Below are positions 37,301 through 47,567 of a stretch of 47,567 nucleotides of DNA, one piece after another. A model generated the notes under the pieces. It made no database searches and was not told where the DNA came from. It worked only from the letters and a program-made list of their open reading frames with translations. Position numbers and translations under genes: made by a program. Source of the stretch: a virus (lineage: Duplodnaviria; Heunggongvirae; Uroviricota; Caudoviricetes); IMG/VR virus record IMGVR_UViG_2913112809_000003. The stretch is one strand, 5' to 3'. The first letter of the stretch is position 1, and each line of letters begins with the position of its first letter.

Positions 37301-37966
37301 TCAAACAAACCCAGCCGCTTTCCGGCGTTCATATTCCTGTTTCAGCAACTCAATTGGAGTTGGCCCCGACGGGCGTTTTGGTGCTACCAGTTGCCGCCGG
37401 ACGGGCGGAACACTGAGGCCATCACCAACAAGCTTTGCCCATTTCGCTAGTTGCCGTTCTGCAAGTCGTTTTAACTCCCCTTCGGTCATCTGACGCTCAA
37501 TCCCTTTTGCCCGCATCTCGAGGCAAATGTGATACAGCACGGGCTGAGACCACGGGTATTTATCACTCCCGTCGTATCGCCAGGACTCGTTGCGCCAGCG
37601 GCGGTACTCCTCCATCACGTTATCCACCGTCAGACCAAATGGATTTGCCCCACTCTCCGAAATCAGCGCCACAAACTCAGCCAGGTCCGGAGGCCATGTT
37701 TCACCCGCCCGGCAGCGGTCCATGCACTGGCGGCAGACCTGCCGGATTTGCTGCTCAGTCATCGCACCAATCTGTGCAATCCAGAGCTTCGAAGGTGCGG
37801 TTCCGTTCTTCTGGGTCCAGCGGTTCGAATAAACCTCCCCCATGAGTTCCCACAGCTTCCACGCCGTTTCCGTCGCTGATAAATCCGTTTTCACGTTCCC
37901 ACTGTTCACGTGCTGCCCGAATTTCCCGAACTGCCCGTGATGCGGTGCCACCTGGTGCTGCTGCAT
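37301..37966 (-). CDS. replication protein P-like (helicase loader)
   Basis: 221-aa ORF with an AGGGGGTGA site; C-terminal half resembles lambda P as recalled ([31 protein letters not shown]); overlaps the upstream gene by 212 nt. Confidence 0.75.
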   Translation of the reverse strand: MQQHQVAPHHGQFGKFGQHVNSGNVKTDLSATETAWKLWELMGEVYSNRWTQKNGTAPSKLWIAQIGAMTEQQIRQVCRQCMDRCRAGETWPPDLAEFVALISESGANPFGLTVDNVMEEYRRWRNESWRYDGSDKYPWSQPVLYHICLEMRAKGIERQMTEGELKRLAERQLAKWAKLVGDGLSVPPVRRQLVAPKRPSGPTPIELLKQEYERRKAAGFV

Positions 37967-38819
37967 GGCTCACCCCCTTGCTGACTGGTTTAACCTGCGC
38001 CCTGACGTGATTTACGTGACGGGCGAATTTCTGCTCCCACTGAACCTGCGTGAAAACTTTCCCCTCCGCCGTCCAGTAGTCCCGGAAGGCAGCAAGTTCG
38101 GCAGGTGTAAATTCCGGCTCTGGCAGGGCAACGCCCCACAGTGCAGCCCGTCGTCGAAAATCCAGCGACGGATGCCAGCCATCGGTCATCGGAAATTTCC
38201 CGATGGGTTCAATCAGGCCGTCAAGATATTCGGGTTCCGTTGTCTGCGATGGCGTACCGTTCGATTCACTTGTCGGAGTACTCTCGCGTACGCGCGCGTT
38301 ATGTGTGGGGTTTAATTCTTTTAGATCTGTATCTTTATTAGTTGCTTTTGTGTTGGCATCATGTTCAAACACCACTCCAACATATGTTTGAACACCTGTT
38401 AAATTTCTCTCTTGTTTTGTTTGAACATCTGCTTCCTTTCTGCTTCTTCTGGCCTGAACAGATGCTTTTCCTGCGGCTGATTTTTTGGTTAACTTTTCCC
38501 TGACTGATGCCAGATCTTCCTCAATCCGAAGATGCACCCATTCGTCGCCGTTATCGCAAAAAAACTCCCGCAAGGATGGTTCAACATCAGCCCATCGCTC
38601 GTTAGTCAGACGGGCAATTTTTGCCAGCCTGTTTTTGGGTATTGGCTTTCCTGTTTGCCAGTAATTGAACATCAGCAACAAATACGCACCGTGTTCCTCT
38701 GCTGACAAATGCATGGTGTCAGCCAGGTAATCAGCTATGTACAGTTGCATGTATGGTAATGCGGCCATAATTGCCCCGTATGATGCTGCCCGGTGGCTTA
38801 GAATAAGCACAACCAGCAT
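37755..38819 (-). CDS. replication initiation protein (YdaU-like DUF1376 N-terminus, DnaT-like C-terminal region)
   Basis: 354-aa ORF; N-terminus [36 protein letters not shown] typical of DUF1376; lies between the CII-like and P-like genes. Confidence 0.7.
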   Translation of the reverse strand: MLVVLILSHRAASYGAIMAALPYMQLYIADYLADTMHLSAEEHGAYLLLMFNYWQTGKPIPKNRLAKIARLTNERWADVEPSLREFFCDNGDEWVHLRIEEDLASVREKLTKKSAAGKASVQARRSRKEADVQTKQERNLTGVQTYVGVVFEHDANTKATNKDTDLKELNPTHNARVRESTPTSESNGTPSQTTEPEYLDGLIEPIGKFPMTDGWHPSLDFRRRAALWGVALPEPEFTPAELAAFRDYWTAEGKVFTQVQWEQKFARHVNHVRAQVKPVSKGVSHAAAPGGTASRAVREIRAAREQWERENGFISDGNGVEAVGTHGGGLFEPLDPEERNRTFEALDCTDWCDD

Positions 38820-38831
38820 GGAAACTTTTGC

Positions 38832-39254
38832 TTAATGAACAATGACAGAATCGTCGGAAGACCCACCGCCGCTGAAATGCGCTTTCCGGTAAACGGCCTG
38901 AACTGCATCATCATGCGCATCAATTGCCGTACTCAACGCTTCCTGCGCCGCCAGTAATGCACGGCGTTCCAGGGTATCGAAGATGCAGAGTCGATGACGC
39001 AGCTCGCGCGGAAGAATTGCCAGAATTGCTGGGATCAGCTTCTGAATTTTTTCCCTTTGCGCTTTCGTTTCACCTTTTATCCAACGGTGATAGATGTTCT
39101 GCTGATTATTCCAGTCCTTGCCTGGTACCAGGGGCAATTCGCCGCCCCCCTGCCGCAGATATTCTTCAGTAATTGCGTTAGCGACCCACGCCTGCCCTTT
39201 TTCGGCTGCCAGGGCTAACAGCACTGATTCGATGTGCTCATGCCTGATTTTCAT
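38832..39254 (-). CDS. YdaT-like protein (CII-analogue position)
   Basis: 140-aa ORF immediately downstream of the Cro-like gene, with the size and position of Rac ydaT. Confidence 0.55.
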   Translation of the reverse strand: MKIRHEHIESVLLALAAEKGQAWVANAITEEYLRQGGGELPLVPGKDWNNQQNIYHRWIKGETKAQREKIQKLIPAILAILPRELRHRLCIFDTLERRALLAAQEALSTAIDAHDDAVQAVYRKAHFSGGGSSDDSVIVH

Positions 39255-39465
39255 GAATCACCTTCCCAGGTCGTTTTGCCTTACGATATTCGTCATAAAC
39301 TTTGGGGTCGTACTGAAGCTCCCCGCCAGATGCTTTTTGTAGGCGCATCGCGCGACCTTCGGGAACCAGTTCTCCCCATTGAGAAACAGCAGATGGATCA
39401 ACGCCAGCAGCTTTCGCCACTTTGGCCTTCGTGCCATAAAAATTAATTACGTCTGATTTAAACAT
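39238..39465 (-). CDS. Cro-like regulator (YdaS-like)
   Basis: Start assigned to the ATG at 39465 with a GGGGGA site (the annotated ORF begins at a TTG); motif AKAAGVDPSAVSQW; divergent from the repressor gene. Confidence 0.65.
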   Translation of the reverse strand: MFKSDVINFYGTKAKVAKAAGVDPSAVSQWGELVPEGRAMRLQKASGGELQYDPKVYDEYRKAKRPGKVIHENQA

Positions 39466-39542
39466 CACTCCCCCACACTTGAGTTTTCTCAATATTAATC
39501 ACTCAAGGAATCTCAAGTCAAGGATTATTAAGATATCTAAAT
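39466..39542. promoter_or_regulatory. divergent operator/promoter region between the cro-like and repressor genes
   Basis: 77-bp intergenic region with inverted half-sites CTTGAG/CTCAAG (the latter twice) and the motif TTGAGTTTTCTCA. Confidence 0.5.
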
Positions 39543-39950
39543 ATGAACGAGAAAACTTTAGGTCAACGAATTAGAGAAAGACGCAAACAGGTTGGCTTAA
39601 GTCAAAACGATTTAAGCAAGGCTGCTGGCGTATCTGGCTCATCAATTTCATTGTGGGAAAGTGACCATACAGCCCCGCGCGGGCAAAATTTGCATCGCCT
39701 AGCCGAGGTATTGCAATGCTCACCGACTTGGATACTGTTTGGCGACGAGGATAAAACACCGGATCCCCCAGTTGCACTCAACAACGCCTTAGACTTATCG
39801 GAAGATGAGTTTGAGATGTTGCGATTATATCGCGCACTACCAAAATCAGAGCAACAAGCACAAATCAGCGAACTTCGTGCCCGCGTTGAGAATTTTAATC
39901 GCCTATTCACCGAGCTACTAGAAGCTCGCAAACGTAATAAGCATCAATAA
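39543..39950 (+). CDS. phage repressor, HTH XRE family (RacR-like)
   Basis: 135-aa ORF with an N-terminal HTH (LGQRIRERRKQVGLSQNDLSKAAGVSGSSISLWE) and no peptidase domain; divergently arranged against the cro-like gene. Confidence 0.85.
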   Translation: MNEKTLGQRIRERRKQVGLSQNDLSKAAGVSGSSISLWESDHTAPRGQNLHRLAEVLQCSPTWILFGDEDKTPDPPVALNNALDLSEDEFEMLRLYRALPKSEQQAQISELRARVENFNRLFTELLEARKRNKHQ

Positions 39951-40009
39951 TCATCCCTTCATAAAAATTTAAAGCCTTACATTTCAATGTGTTGGCTTTA
40001 TTTCACATT

Positions 40010-40065
40010 TGATATTGAGTTTTCTCATCAAAAACACTTGACCTGTTAACATGAGAAAACTAAAT
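40010..40065 (+). promoter_or_regulatory. second operator-like site with candidate leftward-arm promoter
   Basis: The 13-mer TTGAGTTTTCTCA recurs here; 12-bp inverted repeat GAGTTTTCTCAT/ATGAGAAAACT with TTGACC between the arms. Confidence 0.4.
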
Positions 40066-40138
40066 TACATTCCATCAAGACACCGCACGGTGTTCTCAGC
40101 AAACAGTTCCGCCACCCGGCGTTAAGGGGAGAGATAAG

Positions 40139-40273
40139 ATGGAGCATTACGAAGTAGTTCAGTATTTGATGGATTGTTGCGGTATCACTTACAACCAAGC
40201 TGTACAGGCTCTACGCAGGAACGACTGGGATCTCTGGCAAGCAGAAGCCTCTATCCGCAACAACAAGATGTGA
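40139..40273 (+). CDS. small protein (44 aa), YdaG-like by position
   Basis: ATG with an AAGGGGAGAG site; first gene of the arm downstream of the repressor. Confidence 0.45.
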   Translation: MEHYEVVQYLMDCCGITYNQAVQALRRNDWDLWQAEASIRNNKM

Positions 40274-40283
40274 GGTGCGAAAA

Positions 40284-40436
40284 ATGCAAAAAATCGACCT
40301 CGGCAATAACGAATCCCTTGTGTGCGGCGTGTTCCCCAACCAGGATGGAACGTTCACTGCTATGACGTATACCAAAAGCAAAACATTTAAAACTGAAACA
40401 GGCGCACGTCGCTGGCTTGCCAAAAATACCAGCTAA
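40284..40436 (+). CDS. small protein (50 aa), YdaF-like by position
   Basis: ATG at 40284 with a GAGGTG site, 10 nt after the preceding stop. Confidence 0.45.
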   Translation: MQKIDLGNNESLVCGVFPNQDGTFTAMTYTKSKTFKTETGARRWLAKNTS

Positions 40437-40859
40437 TCCATTTATTGGATTAATTCAATATTCTCGCTGTAGGGGTATAGCCGAGGCCACCAAAGCCCGG
40501 AGGTGGTGAAATAAAACCGGGCGCAACACGAAGGCGCATTTCCGATATCCATAAAGAGTCGGTCTTGTCTGTTAAATTTAAATGGTTGGAGTGCGCCTCC
40601 GGTTGTGAATAACAACACTGCTGTGTGTAGTCTTGGCGGCATCAGTTTTTTCTTGAAGTTCGACTGATGTCCGCCCTTTTTAAAGTGAATTTTGTGATGC
40701 GGTGAATGCGGCTCAGCGCACGCGGAACAGTTAAAAGTCATGTTAGTCCTTATTGGTTTGGGTGGGAAAGCCGACTGTAATTGTTAACTGGTTGCAGTCA
40801 CCTGGAGGCACCAGGCACCGCATCAACAAAGTTCATTTAGTAACCAGGAAGGGAATTAT

Positions 40860-41132
40860 ATGCAAGAGATAAGTTTTGAAGTAACAGCAAAAGATGTACA
40901 GGTTAAGCCCGATTACAATCAAAAATTATGTATTGAAGTCAATGGCGTGAAGTTATCAGACCTGATTGATTCAGTTGAAGATAACGACGCTATTATTGAA
41001 ATGGTTGGAGCCGAAGAAATAGCAGAATACTTTTCAACAGAGGGGCGTCTTCATGAGCTTCTGGAAAAATTTTCATATCAGGATATCGCTACATTTCTGG
41101 AAATTAATGGTTATAAAGTTACCGAGGAATAA
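40860..41132 (+). CDS. hypothetical acidic protein
   Basis: 90-aa ORF with an AGGAAGGGA site. Confidence 0.45.
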   Translation: MQEISFEVTAKDVQVKPDYNQKLCIEVNGVKLSDLIDSVEDNDAIIEMVGAEEIAEYFSTEGRLHELLEKFSYQDIATFLEINGYKVTEE

Positions 41133-41150
41133 AGTAGCTCAGGTGGCGTT

Positions 41151-41360
41151 ATGGAACGTAATCATCTAACAGCTATCAGTGCCGCACAGAGTAAATTCGC
41201 CATCGCTGTATTTTTACAGGATGAAGAAATGTTTGAGCAGGCCATTATTCAGTTTGCAATTGCGACCGGGAGTAAAATAAATGAACACTTTGTTCGCTCT
41301 TGTCATGACCGTTTTTCTGACATCAGGCGAAACTCAGGATGTTGTTACCGGAATTTATAA
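41151..41360 (+). CDS. hypothetical protein
   Basis: 69-aa ORF with an AGGTGG site; its 3' end overlaps the next ORF by 80 nt, so one of the two may be spurious. Confidence 0.3.
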   Translation: MERNHLTAISAAQSKFAIAVFLQDEEMFEQAIIQFAIATGSKINEHFVRSCHDRFSDIRRNSGCCYRNL

Positions 41361-41517
41361 CTCCGAACCTGAATGCAAGGCCGCAGCTATTGAGCAAAAA
41401 GTAGCTGGCGAATGTTTCCCTGTTGAGAAATTTATCCGGCCTGTAAATGAAGAAATTCCCGCAGGCCTCACAGGAGAAAATCATGAAAATAAAATGTGCT
41501 TATCACCTTTGCGATAA
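41281..41517 (+). CDS. hypothetical protein with hydrophobic N-terminus (kil-like position)
   Basis: 78-aa ORF starting MNTLFALVMTVFLTSG; occupies the position of kilR in the Rac gene order. Confidence 0.35.
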   Translation: MNTLFALVMTVFLTSGETQDVVTGIYNSEPECKAAAIEQKVAGECFPVEKFIRPVNEEIPAGLTGENHENKMCLSPLR

Positions 41518-41647
41518 AGAAGTTAAAGAAAGCAAAAGCATTAAAAGACCACTTCATTTCATGCGTGGAGTTATCCCAACGACGGAAATGAAAAAATATT
41601 GTAGTGAAATATGTGCCGAAAAAGACCAGATGGCACACGAACTTTAA
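41483..41647 (+). CDS. small Cys-rich protein (YdaE-like by position)
   Basis: ATG at 41483 with an AGGAGA site; 54 aa with four Cys residues. Confidence 0.45.
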   Translation: MKIKCAYHLCDKEVKESKSIKRPLHFMRGVIPTTEMKKYCSEICAEKDQMAHEL

Positions 41648-41721
41648 TTAACTGACTATTCGAAACTGAATTTATGCCAGCAATGGCAGGGATTCGCTCA
41701 ACCTTAATTAAGGAGAAAAAC

Positions 41722-41991
41722 ATGATTACCAATTATGAAGCCACTGTTGTAACTACCGATGACATTGTTCACGAGGTTAATCTGGAAGGAAAGCGTATTG
41801 GCTACGTGATTAAAACAGAAAATAAAGAAACCCCATTCACTGTGGTTGATATCGACGCTCCATCAGGCAACGTTAAAACACTTCACGAAGGTGTCAAAAA
41901 AATGTGCCTGGTGCATACCGGAAAGAATCTGCCCGCAGAAAAAAAAAGCCGAATTTCTGGCAACTCTGATTGCAATGAAATTAAAAGGTGA
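41722..41991 (+). CDS. hypothetical protein (RacC-like by position)
   Basis: ATG at 41722 with an AGGAGA site; 89 aa, immediately upstream of recE. Confidence 0.45.
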   Translation: MITNYEATVVTTDDIVHEVNLEGKRIGYVIKTENKETPFTVVDIDAPSGNVKTLHEGVKKMCLVHTGKNLPAEKKSRISGNSDCNEIKR

Positions 41992-42099
41992 AATCTGAAA
42001 GAAATAGCCTGCATATGGCGCAGGCTATGAACAGTGTGTATCCGGCAAGATCATTCACTGAACAAAACGAATTTTAATCTGAGTTGAGGTTAAAAAACA

Positions 42100-44781
42100 A
42101 TGAGCACAAAACCACTCTTCCTGTTACGGAAAGCGAAAAAATCATCCGGTGAACCTGACGTCGTCCTGTGGGCAAGCGACGATTTTGAATCGACCTGTGC
42201 CACTCTGGACTACCTGCTCGTTAAGTCAGGTAAAAAACTGAGCAGCTATTTTAAACCTGTTGCCACGAATTTTCCTGTCGTTAATGACCTTCCCCCTGAA
42301 GGTGAGATCGATTTTACCTGGAGTGAACGCTATCAACTCAGCAAAGACTCCATGACCTGGGAACTAAAACCGGGAGCCGCTCCAGACGACGTTCACCATC
42401 AGGAGAATACCCGGGAAACCGAAGAACTGGCTGGAAACCAGGAAGAAAACGCGCAGGCAGACGCCCACGGGGATTGCCAGGATTGCGAAATCCCTGTAGC
42501 CACACTCAGTCTTACTCATCGTTTCCTTCATCTCTTCTTTTTCGGTCGGATGGAAGATGGAAAATACAGCAATCACGCCACGCCGGAACAGCGTAATAAC
42601 GTCATCCGGATGGAGATGGATACGGAGAATAGCTACCTCCAGAGCCTGCTTACAGCAGTACGTTCTCATCCTGAACTGGATAAGCTGGCAAACCATCATC
42701 TTGGCAGGTTGGCGGAGTCGGTATCCAGAGTGTTTACCCGCACAGAAACCCGTCGCATCAGCCCTGCTGAATTCGACAAATTCATTTCCACCTGGATGAA
42801 AACTGATTATCTGGATCAGGGATTACTGACAAAAGAGTTGGCGAAGGGAAATTGCGTATCTGAAATCAATCGCACCCCGTCGGGCGCAAATGCCGGTGGC
42901 GGTATTCTTACCGACCGTGGCGAAGGTTTTGTCCACGATGATGCATCACTGGCGCGCGATGTAGCCACTGGTGTACTGGCCCGTTCAATGGACGTGGACA
43001 TCTATAACCTTCATCCGGCACACGCTAAACGCATTGAGGAAATTATCGCTGAAAATAAACCGCCCTTTTCTGTTTTCCGCGACAAATTCATCACCATGCC
43101 TGGCGGGCTGGATTATTCCCGCGCCATCGTGGTTGCGTCCGTAAAAGAAGCACCAATCGGTATAGAGGCTATCTCGCACCATGTCACCGAATATCTGAAC
43201 AGGGTACTGACTGAAACAGATCATGCCAACCCTGATCCGGAAATCGTGGATATTGCCTGCGGTCGCTCCTCTGCCCCGATGCCACAGCGTGTAACAGAAG
43301 AAGGAAAACAGGATGATGATGAAAAACCGCAACCATCTGGAACAACGGCAGATGAACAGGGAGAGGCTGAAACAATGGAACCGGACGCAACTGAACATCA
43401 TCAGGACACGCAGCCGCTGGATGCTCAGTCACAGGTAAATTCTGTTGATGCGAAATATCAGGAACTGCGGGCAGAACTCCATGAAGCCCGGAAAAACATT
43501 CCATCAAAAAATCCTGTCGATGCCGACAAATTGCTTGCTGCATCACGTGGTGAATTTGTTGACGGAATTAGCGACCCGAACGATCCGAAATGGGTTAAGG
43601 GGATCCAGACTCGCGATTCTGTGTACCAGAACCAGCCAGAAACGAAACAAAACACGCCAGAAACTGAAAAAACCAGCCCGGATGTGAAACAACCTGAGCC
43701 AGTAGTGCAACAGGAACCGGAGAAAGTCTGCAATGCCTGTGGCAAGACTGGCGGGGATAACTGCCCTGACTGTGGTGTGGTAATGGGCGACGCAACATAC
43801 CAGGAAACATTCGATGAAGCGAATCAGGTTGAAGCTAAGGAAAATGATCCGGAGGAAATGGAAGGCGCAGAACATACGCACAATGAGAATGCTGGCAGCG
43901 ATCCGCATCGCGATTGCAGTGATGAAACTGGCGAAGTCGCAGATCCCGTAATCGCAGGAGACATAGAGCCTGGTATTTATTACGGAATTTCGAATGAGAA
44001 TTACCACGCGGGTCCCGGTGTCAGTAAGTCTCAGCTCGACGACATTGCTGATACTCCGGCACTGTATTTGTGGCGTAAAAATGCCCCCGTGGACACCACA
44101 AAGACAAAAACGCTCGATTTAGGAACCGCTTTCCACTGCCGGGTACTTGAACCGGAAGAATTCAGTAACCGCTTTATCGTAGCACCTGAATTTAACCGCC
44201 GTACAAACGCCGGAAAAGAAGAAGAGAAAGCGTTTCTGATGGAATGCGCAAGCACAGGAAAAACGGTTATCAATGCGGAAGAAGGCCGGAAAATTGAACT
44301 CATGTATCAAAGCGTTATGGCTTTGCCGCTGGGGCAATGGCTTGTTGAAAGCGCCGGACACGCTGAATCATCAATTTACTGGGAAGATCCTGAAACAGGA
44401 ATTTTGTGTCGGTGCCGTCCGGACAAAATTATCCCTGAATTTCACTGGATCATGGACGTGAAAACTACGGCGGATATTCAACGATTCAAAACCGCTTATT
44501 ACGACTACCGCTATCACGTTCAGGATGCATTCTACAGTGACGGTTATGAAGTACAGTTTGGAGTGCAGCCAACTTTCGTTTTTCTGGTTGCCAGCACAAC
44601 TATTGAATGCGGACGTTATCCGGTTGAAATTTTCATGATGGGCGAAGAAGCAAAACTGGCAGGTCAGCTGGAATATCACCGCAATCTGCGAACCCTGGCT
44701 GACTGCCTCAATACCGATGAATGGCCAGCTATTAAGACGTTATCACTGCCCCGCTGGGCTAAGGAATATGCAAATGACTAA
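42100..44781 (+). CDS. recE: exodeoxyribonuclease VIII (RecE)
   Basis: 893-aa ORF whose N-terminus ([39 protein letters not shown]) and C-terminal nuclease region match E. coli RecE as recalled. Confidence 0.95.
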   Translation: MSTKPLFLLRKAKKSSGEPDVVLWASDDFESTCATLDYLLVKSGKKLSSYFKPVATNFPVVNDLPPEGEIDFTWSERYQLSKDSMTWELKPGAAPDDVHHQENTRETEELAGNQEENAQADAHGDCQDCEIPVATLSLTHRFLHLFFFGRMEDGKYSNHATPEQRNNVIRMEMDTENSYLQSLLTAVRSHPELDKLANHHLGRLAESVSRVFTRTETRRISPAEFDKFISTWMKTDYLDQGLLTKELAKGNCVSEINRTPSGANAGGGILTDRGEGFVHDDASLARDVATGVLARSMDVDIYNLHPAHAKRIEEIIAENKPPFSVFRDKFITMPGGLDYSRAIVVASVKEAPIGIEAISHHVTEYLNRVLTETDHANPDPEIVDIACGRSSAPMPQRVTEEGKQDDDEKPQPSGTTADEQGEAETMEPDATEHHQDTQPLDAQSQVNSVDAKYQELRAELHEARKNIPSKNPVDADKLLAASRGEFVDGISDPNDPKWVKGIQTRDSVYQNQPETKQNTPETEKTSPDVKQPEPVVQQEPEKVCNACGKTGGDNCPDCGVVMGDATYQETFDEANQVEAKENDPEEMEGAEHTHNENAGSDPHRDCSDETGEVADPVIAGDIEPGIYYGISNENYHAGPGVSKSQLDDIADTPALYLWRKNAPVDTTKTKTLDLGTAFHCRVLEPEEFSNRFIVAPEFNRRTNAGKEEEKAFLMECASTGKTVINAEEGRKIELMYQSVMALPLGQWLVESAGHAESSIYWEDPETGILCRCRPDKIIPEFHWIMDVKTTADIQRFKTAYYDYRYHVQDAFYSDGYEVQFGVQPTFVFLVASTTIECGRYPVEIFMMGEEAKLAGQLEYHRNLRTLADCLNTDEWPAIKTLSLPRWAKEYAND

Positions 44782-45583
44782 GCAACCACCAATCGCAAAA
44801 GCCGATCTGCAAAAAACTCAGGGAAACCGTGCACCAGCAGCAGTTAAAAATAACGACGTGATTAGTTTTATTAACCAGCCATCAATGAAAGAGCAACTGG
44901 CAGCAGCTCTTCCACGCCATATGACGGCTGAACGTATGATCCGTATCGCCACCACAGAAATTCGTAAAGTTCCGGCGTTAGGAAACTGTGACACTATGAG
45001 TTTTGTCAGTGCAATCGTACAGTGTTCACAGCTCGGACTTGAGCCCGGTAGCGCCCTCGGTCATGCATATTTACTGCCTTTTGGTAATAAAAACGAAAAG
45101 AGCGGTAAAAAAAACGTTCAGCTAATCATTGGCTATCGCGGCATGATTGATCTGGCTCGCCGTTCAGGTCAAATCGCCAGCCTGTCAGCCCGTGTTGTCC
45201 GTGAAGGTGACGAGTTTAATTTCGAATTTGGCCTTGATGAAAAGTTAATACACCGCCCAGGAGAAAACGAAGATGCCCCGGTTACCCACGTCTATGCTGT
45301 CGCAAGACTGAAAGACGGAGGTACTCAGTTTGAAGTTATGACGCGCAAACAGATTGAGCTGGTGCGCAGCCAGAGTAAAGCTGGTAATAACGGGCCGTGG
45401 GTAACTCACTGGGAAGAAATGGCAAAGAAAACGGCTATTCGTCGCCTGTTCAAATACCTGCCCGTATCAATTGAGATCCAGCGTGCAGTATCAATGGATG
45501 AAAAGGAACCACTGACAATCGATCCTGCAGATTCCTCTGTATTAACCGGGGAATACAGTGTAATCGATAATTCAGAGGAATAA
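44774..45583 (+). CDS. recT: recombinase RecT (single-strand annealing protein)
   Basis: Start at the internal [27 protein letters not shown], overlapping the recE stop; near-identical to RecT as recalled. Confidence 0.95.
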   Translation: MTKQPPIAKADLQKTQGNRAPAAVKNNDVISFINQPSMKEQLAAALPRHMTAERMIRIATTEIRKVPALGNCDTMSFVSAIVQCSQLGLEPGSALGHAYLLPFGNKNEKSGKKNVQLIIGYRGMIDLARRSGQIASLSARVVREGDEFNFEFGLDEKLIHRPGENEDAPVTHVYAVARLKDGGTQFEVMTRKQIELVRSQSKAGNNGPWVTHWEEMAKKTAIRRLFKYLPVSIEIQRAVSMDEKEPLTIDPADSSVLTGEYSVIDNSEE

Positions 45584-45639
45584 TTCAGCCTGGCGGTGTA
45601 ATGCACCGCCAACTTGAAATATTTTTTATGAGAAAAATT

Positions 45640-45834
45640 ATGAGATATGACAATGTTAAACCATGTCCATTTTGTGGTTGTCCATCAGTAACGGTGAAAG
45701 CCATTTCAGGATATTACCGAGCGAAGTGTAACGGATGCGAATCCCGAACCGGTTATGGTGGAAGTGAAAAAGAAGCACTCGAAAGATGGAATAAACGAAC
45801 CACTGGGAATAATAATGGAGGTGTTCATGTATAA
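45640..45834 (+). CDS. ralR: restriction alleviation protein RalR (Lar)
   Basis: 64-aa product MRYDNVKPCPFCGCPSVTVKAISGYYRAKCNGCESRTGYGG... matches RalR as recalled. Confidence 0.9.
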   Translation: MRYDNVKPCPFCGCPSVTVKAISGYYRAKCNGCESRTGYGGSEKEALERWNKRTTGNNNGGVHV

Positions 45835-46015
45835 AATTACCGCCACTATTGAAAAGGAAGGAGGCACTCCTACTAACTGGACAAGATATTCAAAATCTAA
45901 ACTAACGAAATCAGAATGCGAAAAAATGCTCTCAGGTAAAAAAGAAGCAGGCGTTTCCAGAGAGCAGAAAGTAAAACTGATAAATTTTAATTGCGAGAAA
46001 CTTCAGTCCTCGTGA
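45827..46015 (+). CDS. YdaC-like small protein
   Basis: ATG at 45827 with a GGAGGT site, overlapping the ralR stop; 62 aa (MYKITATIEKEGG...). Confidence 0.6.
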   Translation: MYKITATIEKEGGTPTNWTRYSKSKLTKSECEKMLSGKKEAGVSREQKVKLINFNCEKLQSS

Positions 46016-46114
46016 ATTGCATTGTATTCAAATTAAAACTTCATAGCTGATTATTAATAATCAACATCGGGCGTCAATTTCAGTCTAACATTGGCGCCTG
46101 CCAGAGGTGATGCG

Positions 46115-46330
46115 ATGGCACAAGTAATCTTTAATGAAGAGTGGATGGTTGAATACGGCCTGATGCTTCGCACTGGTCTGGGGGCCAGACAAATTGAAGC
46201 ATACCGCCAGAACTGTTGGGTGGAAGGCTTCCACTTCAAACGAGTATCTCCTTTAGGGAAGCCAGACAGTAAGCGAGGGATTATCTGGTACAACTATCCA
46301 AAGATAAATCAGTTTATCAAAGACTCATGA
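46115..46330 (+). CDS. excisionase-like protein
   Basis: ATG at 46115 with an AGAGGTGA site; 71 aa; ends 1 nt before the integrase start. Confidence 0.7.
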   Translation: MAQVIFNEEWMVEYGLMLRTGLGARQIEAYRQNCWVEGFHFKRVSPLGKPDSKRGIIWYNYPKINQFIKDS

Positions 46331-46331
46331 T

Positions 46332-47567
46332 ATGTCTAAATTACCAACAGGTGTCGAGATTCGAGGTAAATACATTCGCATCTGGTTCATGTTTCGAGGA
46401 AAACGATGTCGGGAAACATTGAAAGGCTGGGAGGTTACTAACAGTAACATTAAAAAGGCCGGAAATTTAAGAGCGTTGATAGTTCATGAAATCAACTCCG
46501 GTGAATTTGAGTATTTAAGACGTTTTCCCCAGTCCAGTACTGGGGCAAAAATGGTGACAACGAGGTTCATAAAAACGTTCGGCGAGCTTTGTGATATCTG
46601 GACAAAAATTAAAGAAACAGAGTTAACAACAAACACAATGAAGAAAACGAAATCACAATTAAAAACACTCAGGATAATAATTTGTGAGAGTACCCCGATA
46701 TCACATATTCGTTATAGCGATATCTTAAACTACCGGAATGAACTGCTGCATGGAGAAACGCTTTACCTGGATAATCCAAGATCCAACAAAAAAGGAAGAA
46801 CCGTGCGCACAGTTGATAACTATATTGCCCTGCTCTGTTCGTTGTTACGTTTTGCGTATCAGTCGGGATTTATATCAACCAAACCATTTGAAGGAGTAAA
46901 AAAATTACAGCGAAACAGAATAAAGCCTGATCCGTTATCTAAAACAGAATTCAATGCATTAATGGAAAGTGAAAAAGGACAGAGCCAGAACTTGTGGAAA
47001 TTTGCCGTTTACTCCGGGCTTCGTCACGGGGAACTGGCTGCTCTGGCGTGGGAGGATGTGGATTTCGAGAAGGGAATTGTGAATGTCAGAAGAAACCTGA
47101 CGATACTTGATATGTTCGGTCCCCCAAAAACAAATGCGGGGATCCGGACGGTAACACTACTACAGCCTGCTCTTGAAGCACTGAAGAAGCAATACAAACT
47201 GACCGGGCATCATCGCAAAAGCGAAATCACCTTTTATCATCGGGAGTACGGCAGAACCGAAAAGCAAAAACTGCATTTTGTTTTCATGCCCAGAGTGTGT
47301 AACGGAAAACAGAAACCTTATTACTCGGTAAGCAGTTTGGGTGCGAGATGGAATGCAGCAGTAAAACGTGCTGGTATTCGCCGCCGTAATCCGTACCATA
47401 CGCGACATACTTTTGCCTGCTGGCTGTTGACGGCAGGAGCGAACCCGGCATTTATAGCCAGCCAGATGGGGCATGAAACTGCGCAGATGGTGTATGAAAT
47501 TTACGGCATGTGGATTGAGGACATGAACGACGAACAGGTAGCCATGTTGAATGCGCGGTTATCGTAG
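46332..47567 (+). CDS. intR: tyrosine integrase (Rac IntR-like)
   Basis: 411-aa ORF ending at the window edge; C-terminal catalytic region HTRHTFACWLL...Y typical of lambda-family integrases. Confidence 0.95.
   Translation: MSKLPTGVEIRGKYIRIWFMFRGKRCRETLKGWEVTNSNIKKAGNLRALIVHEINSGEFEYLRRFPQSSTGAKMVTTRFIKTFGELCDIWTKIKETELTTNTMKKTKSQLKTLRIIICESTPISHIRYSDILNYRNELLHGETLYLDNPRSNKKGRTVRTVDNYIALLCSLLRFAYQSGFISTKPFEGVKKLQRNRIKPDPLSKTEFNALMESEKGQSQNLWKFAVYSGLRHGELAALAWEDVDFEKGIVNVRRNLTILDMFGPPKTNAGIRTVTLLQPALEALKKQYKLTGHHRKSEITFYHREYGRTEKQKLHFVFMPRVCNGKQKPYYSVSSLGARWNAAVKRAGIRRRNPYHTRHTFACWLLTAGANPAFIASQMGHETAQMVYEIYGMWIEDMNDEQVAMLNARLS

Noticed and set aside
40442-40741. 99-aa minus-strand ORF in the gap after the YdaF-like gene
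   Set aside because: His/Cys/Phe-rich low-complexity translation, no ribosome-binding site, inside a stop-codon-dense structured segment.

Overview
The whole window is phage DNA: a near-complete, mosaic Rac-like lambdoid prophage with no recognisable host genes. The minus strand (1-39465) carries a P2-like contractile tail module, a lambda-like head and cos-packaging module, a lysis cassette, a roughly 4 kb cargo island between the Q-like antiterminator and the lysis genes, a nin-like region with rusA and a hok toxin, and the replication genes. The plus strand (39543-47567) carries the repressor and the Rac-type early-left arm (recE, recT, ralR, xis, int). The cargo island is the best candidate for something undescribed: it holds an AT-rich secreted protein, an orphan DNA methyltransferase, two tRNAs, and a TerB-domain protein translationally coupled to a 50-aa hydrophobic peptide. 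Also notable are a baseplate gpI-like protein fused to Ig-like and leucine-rich repeats and split at a T7 tract, a second gene split at a C7 tract, and a P2-type -1 frameshift site in the tail chaperone gene. All calls rest on reading the sequence and recalled family knowledge; no database search was run.
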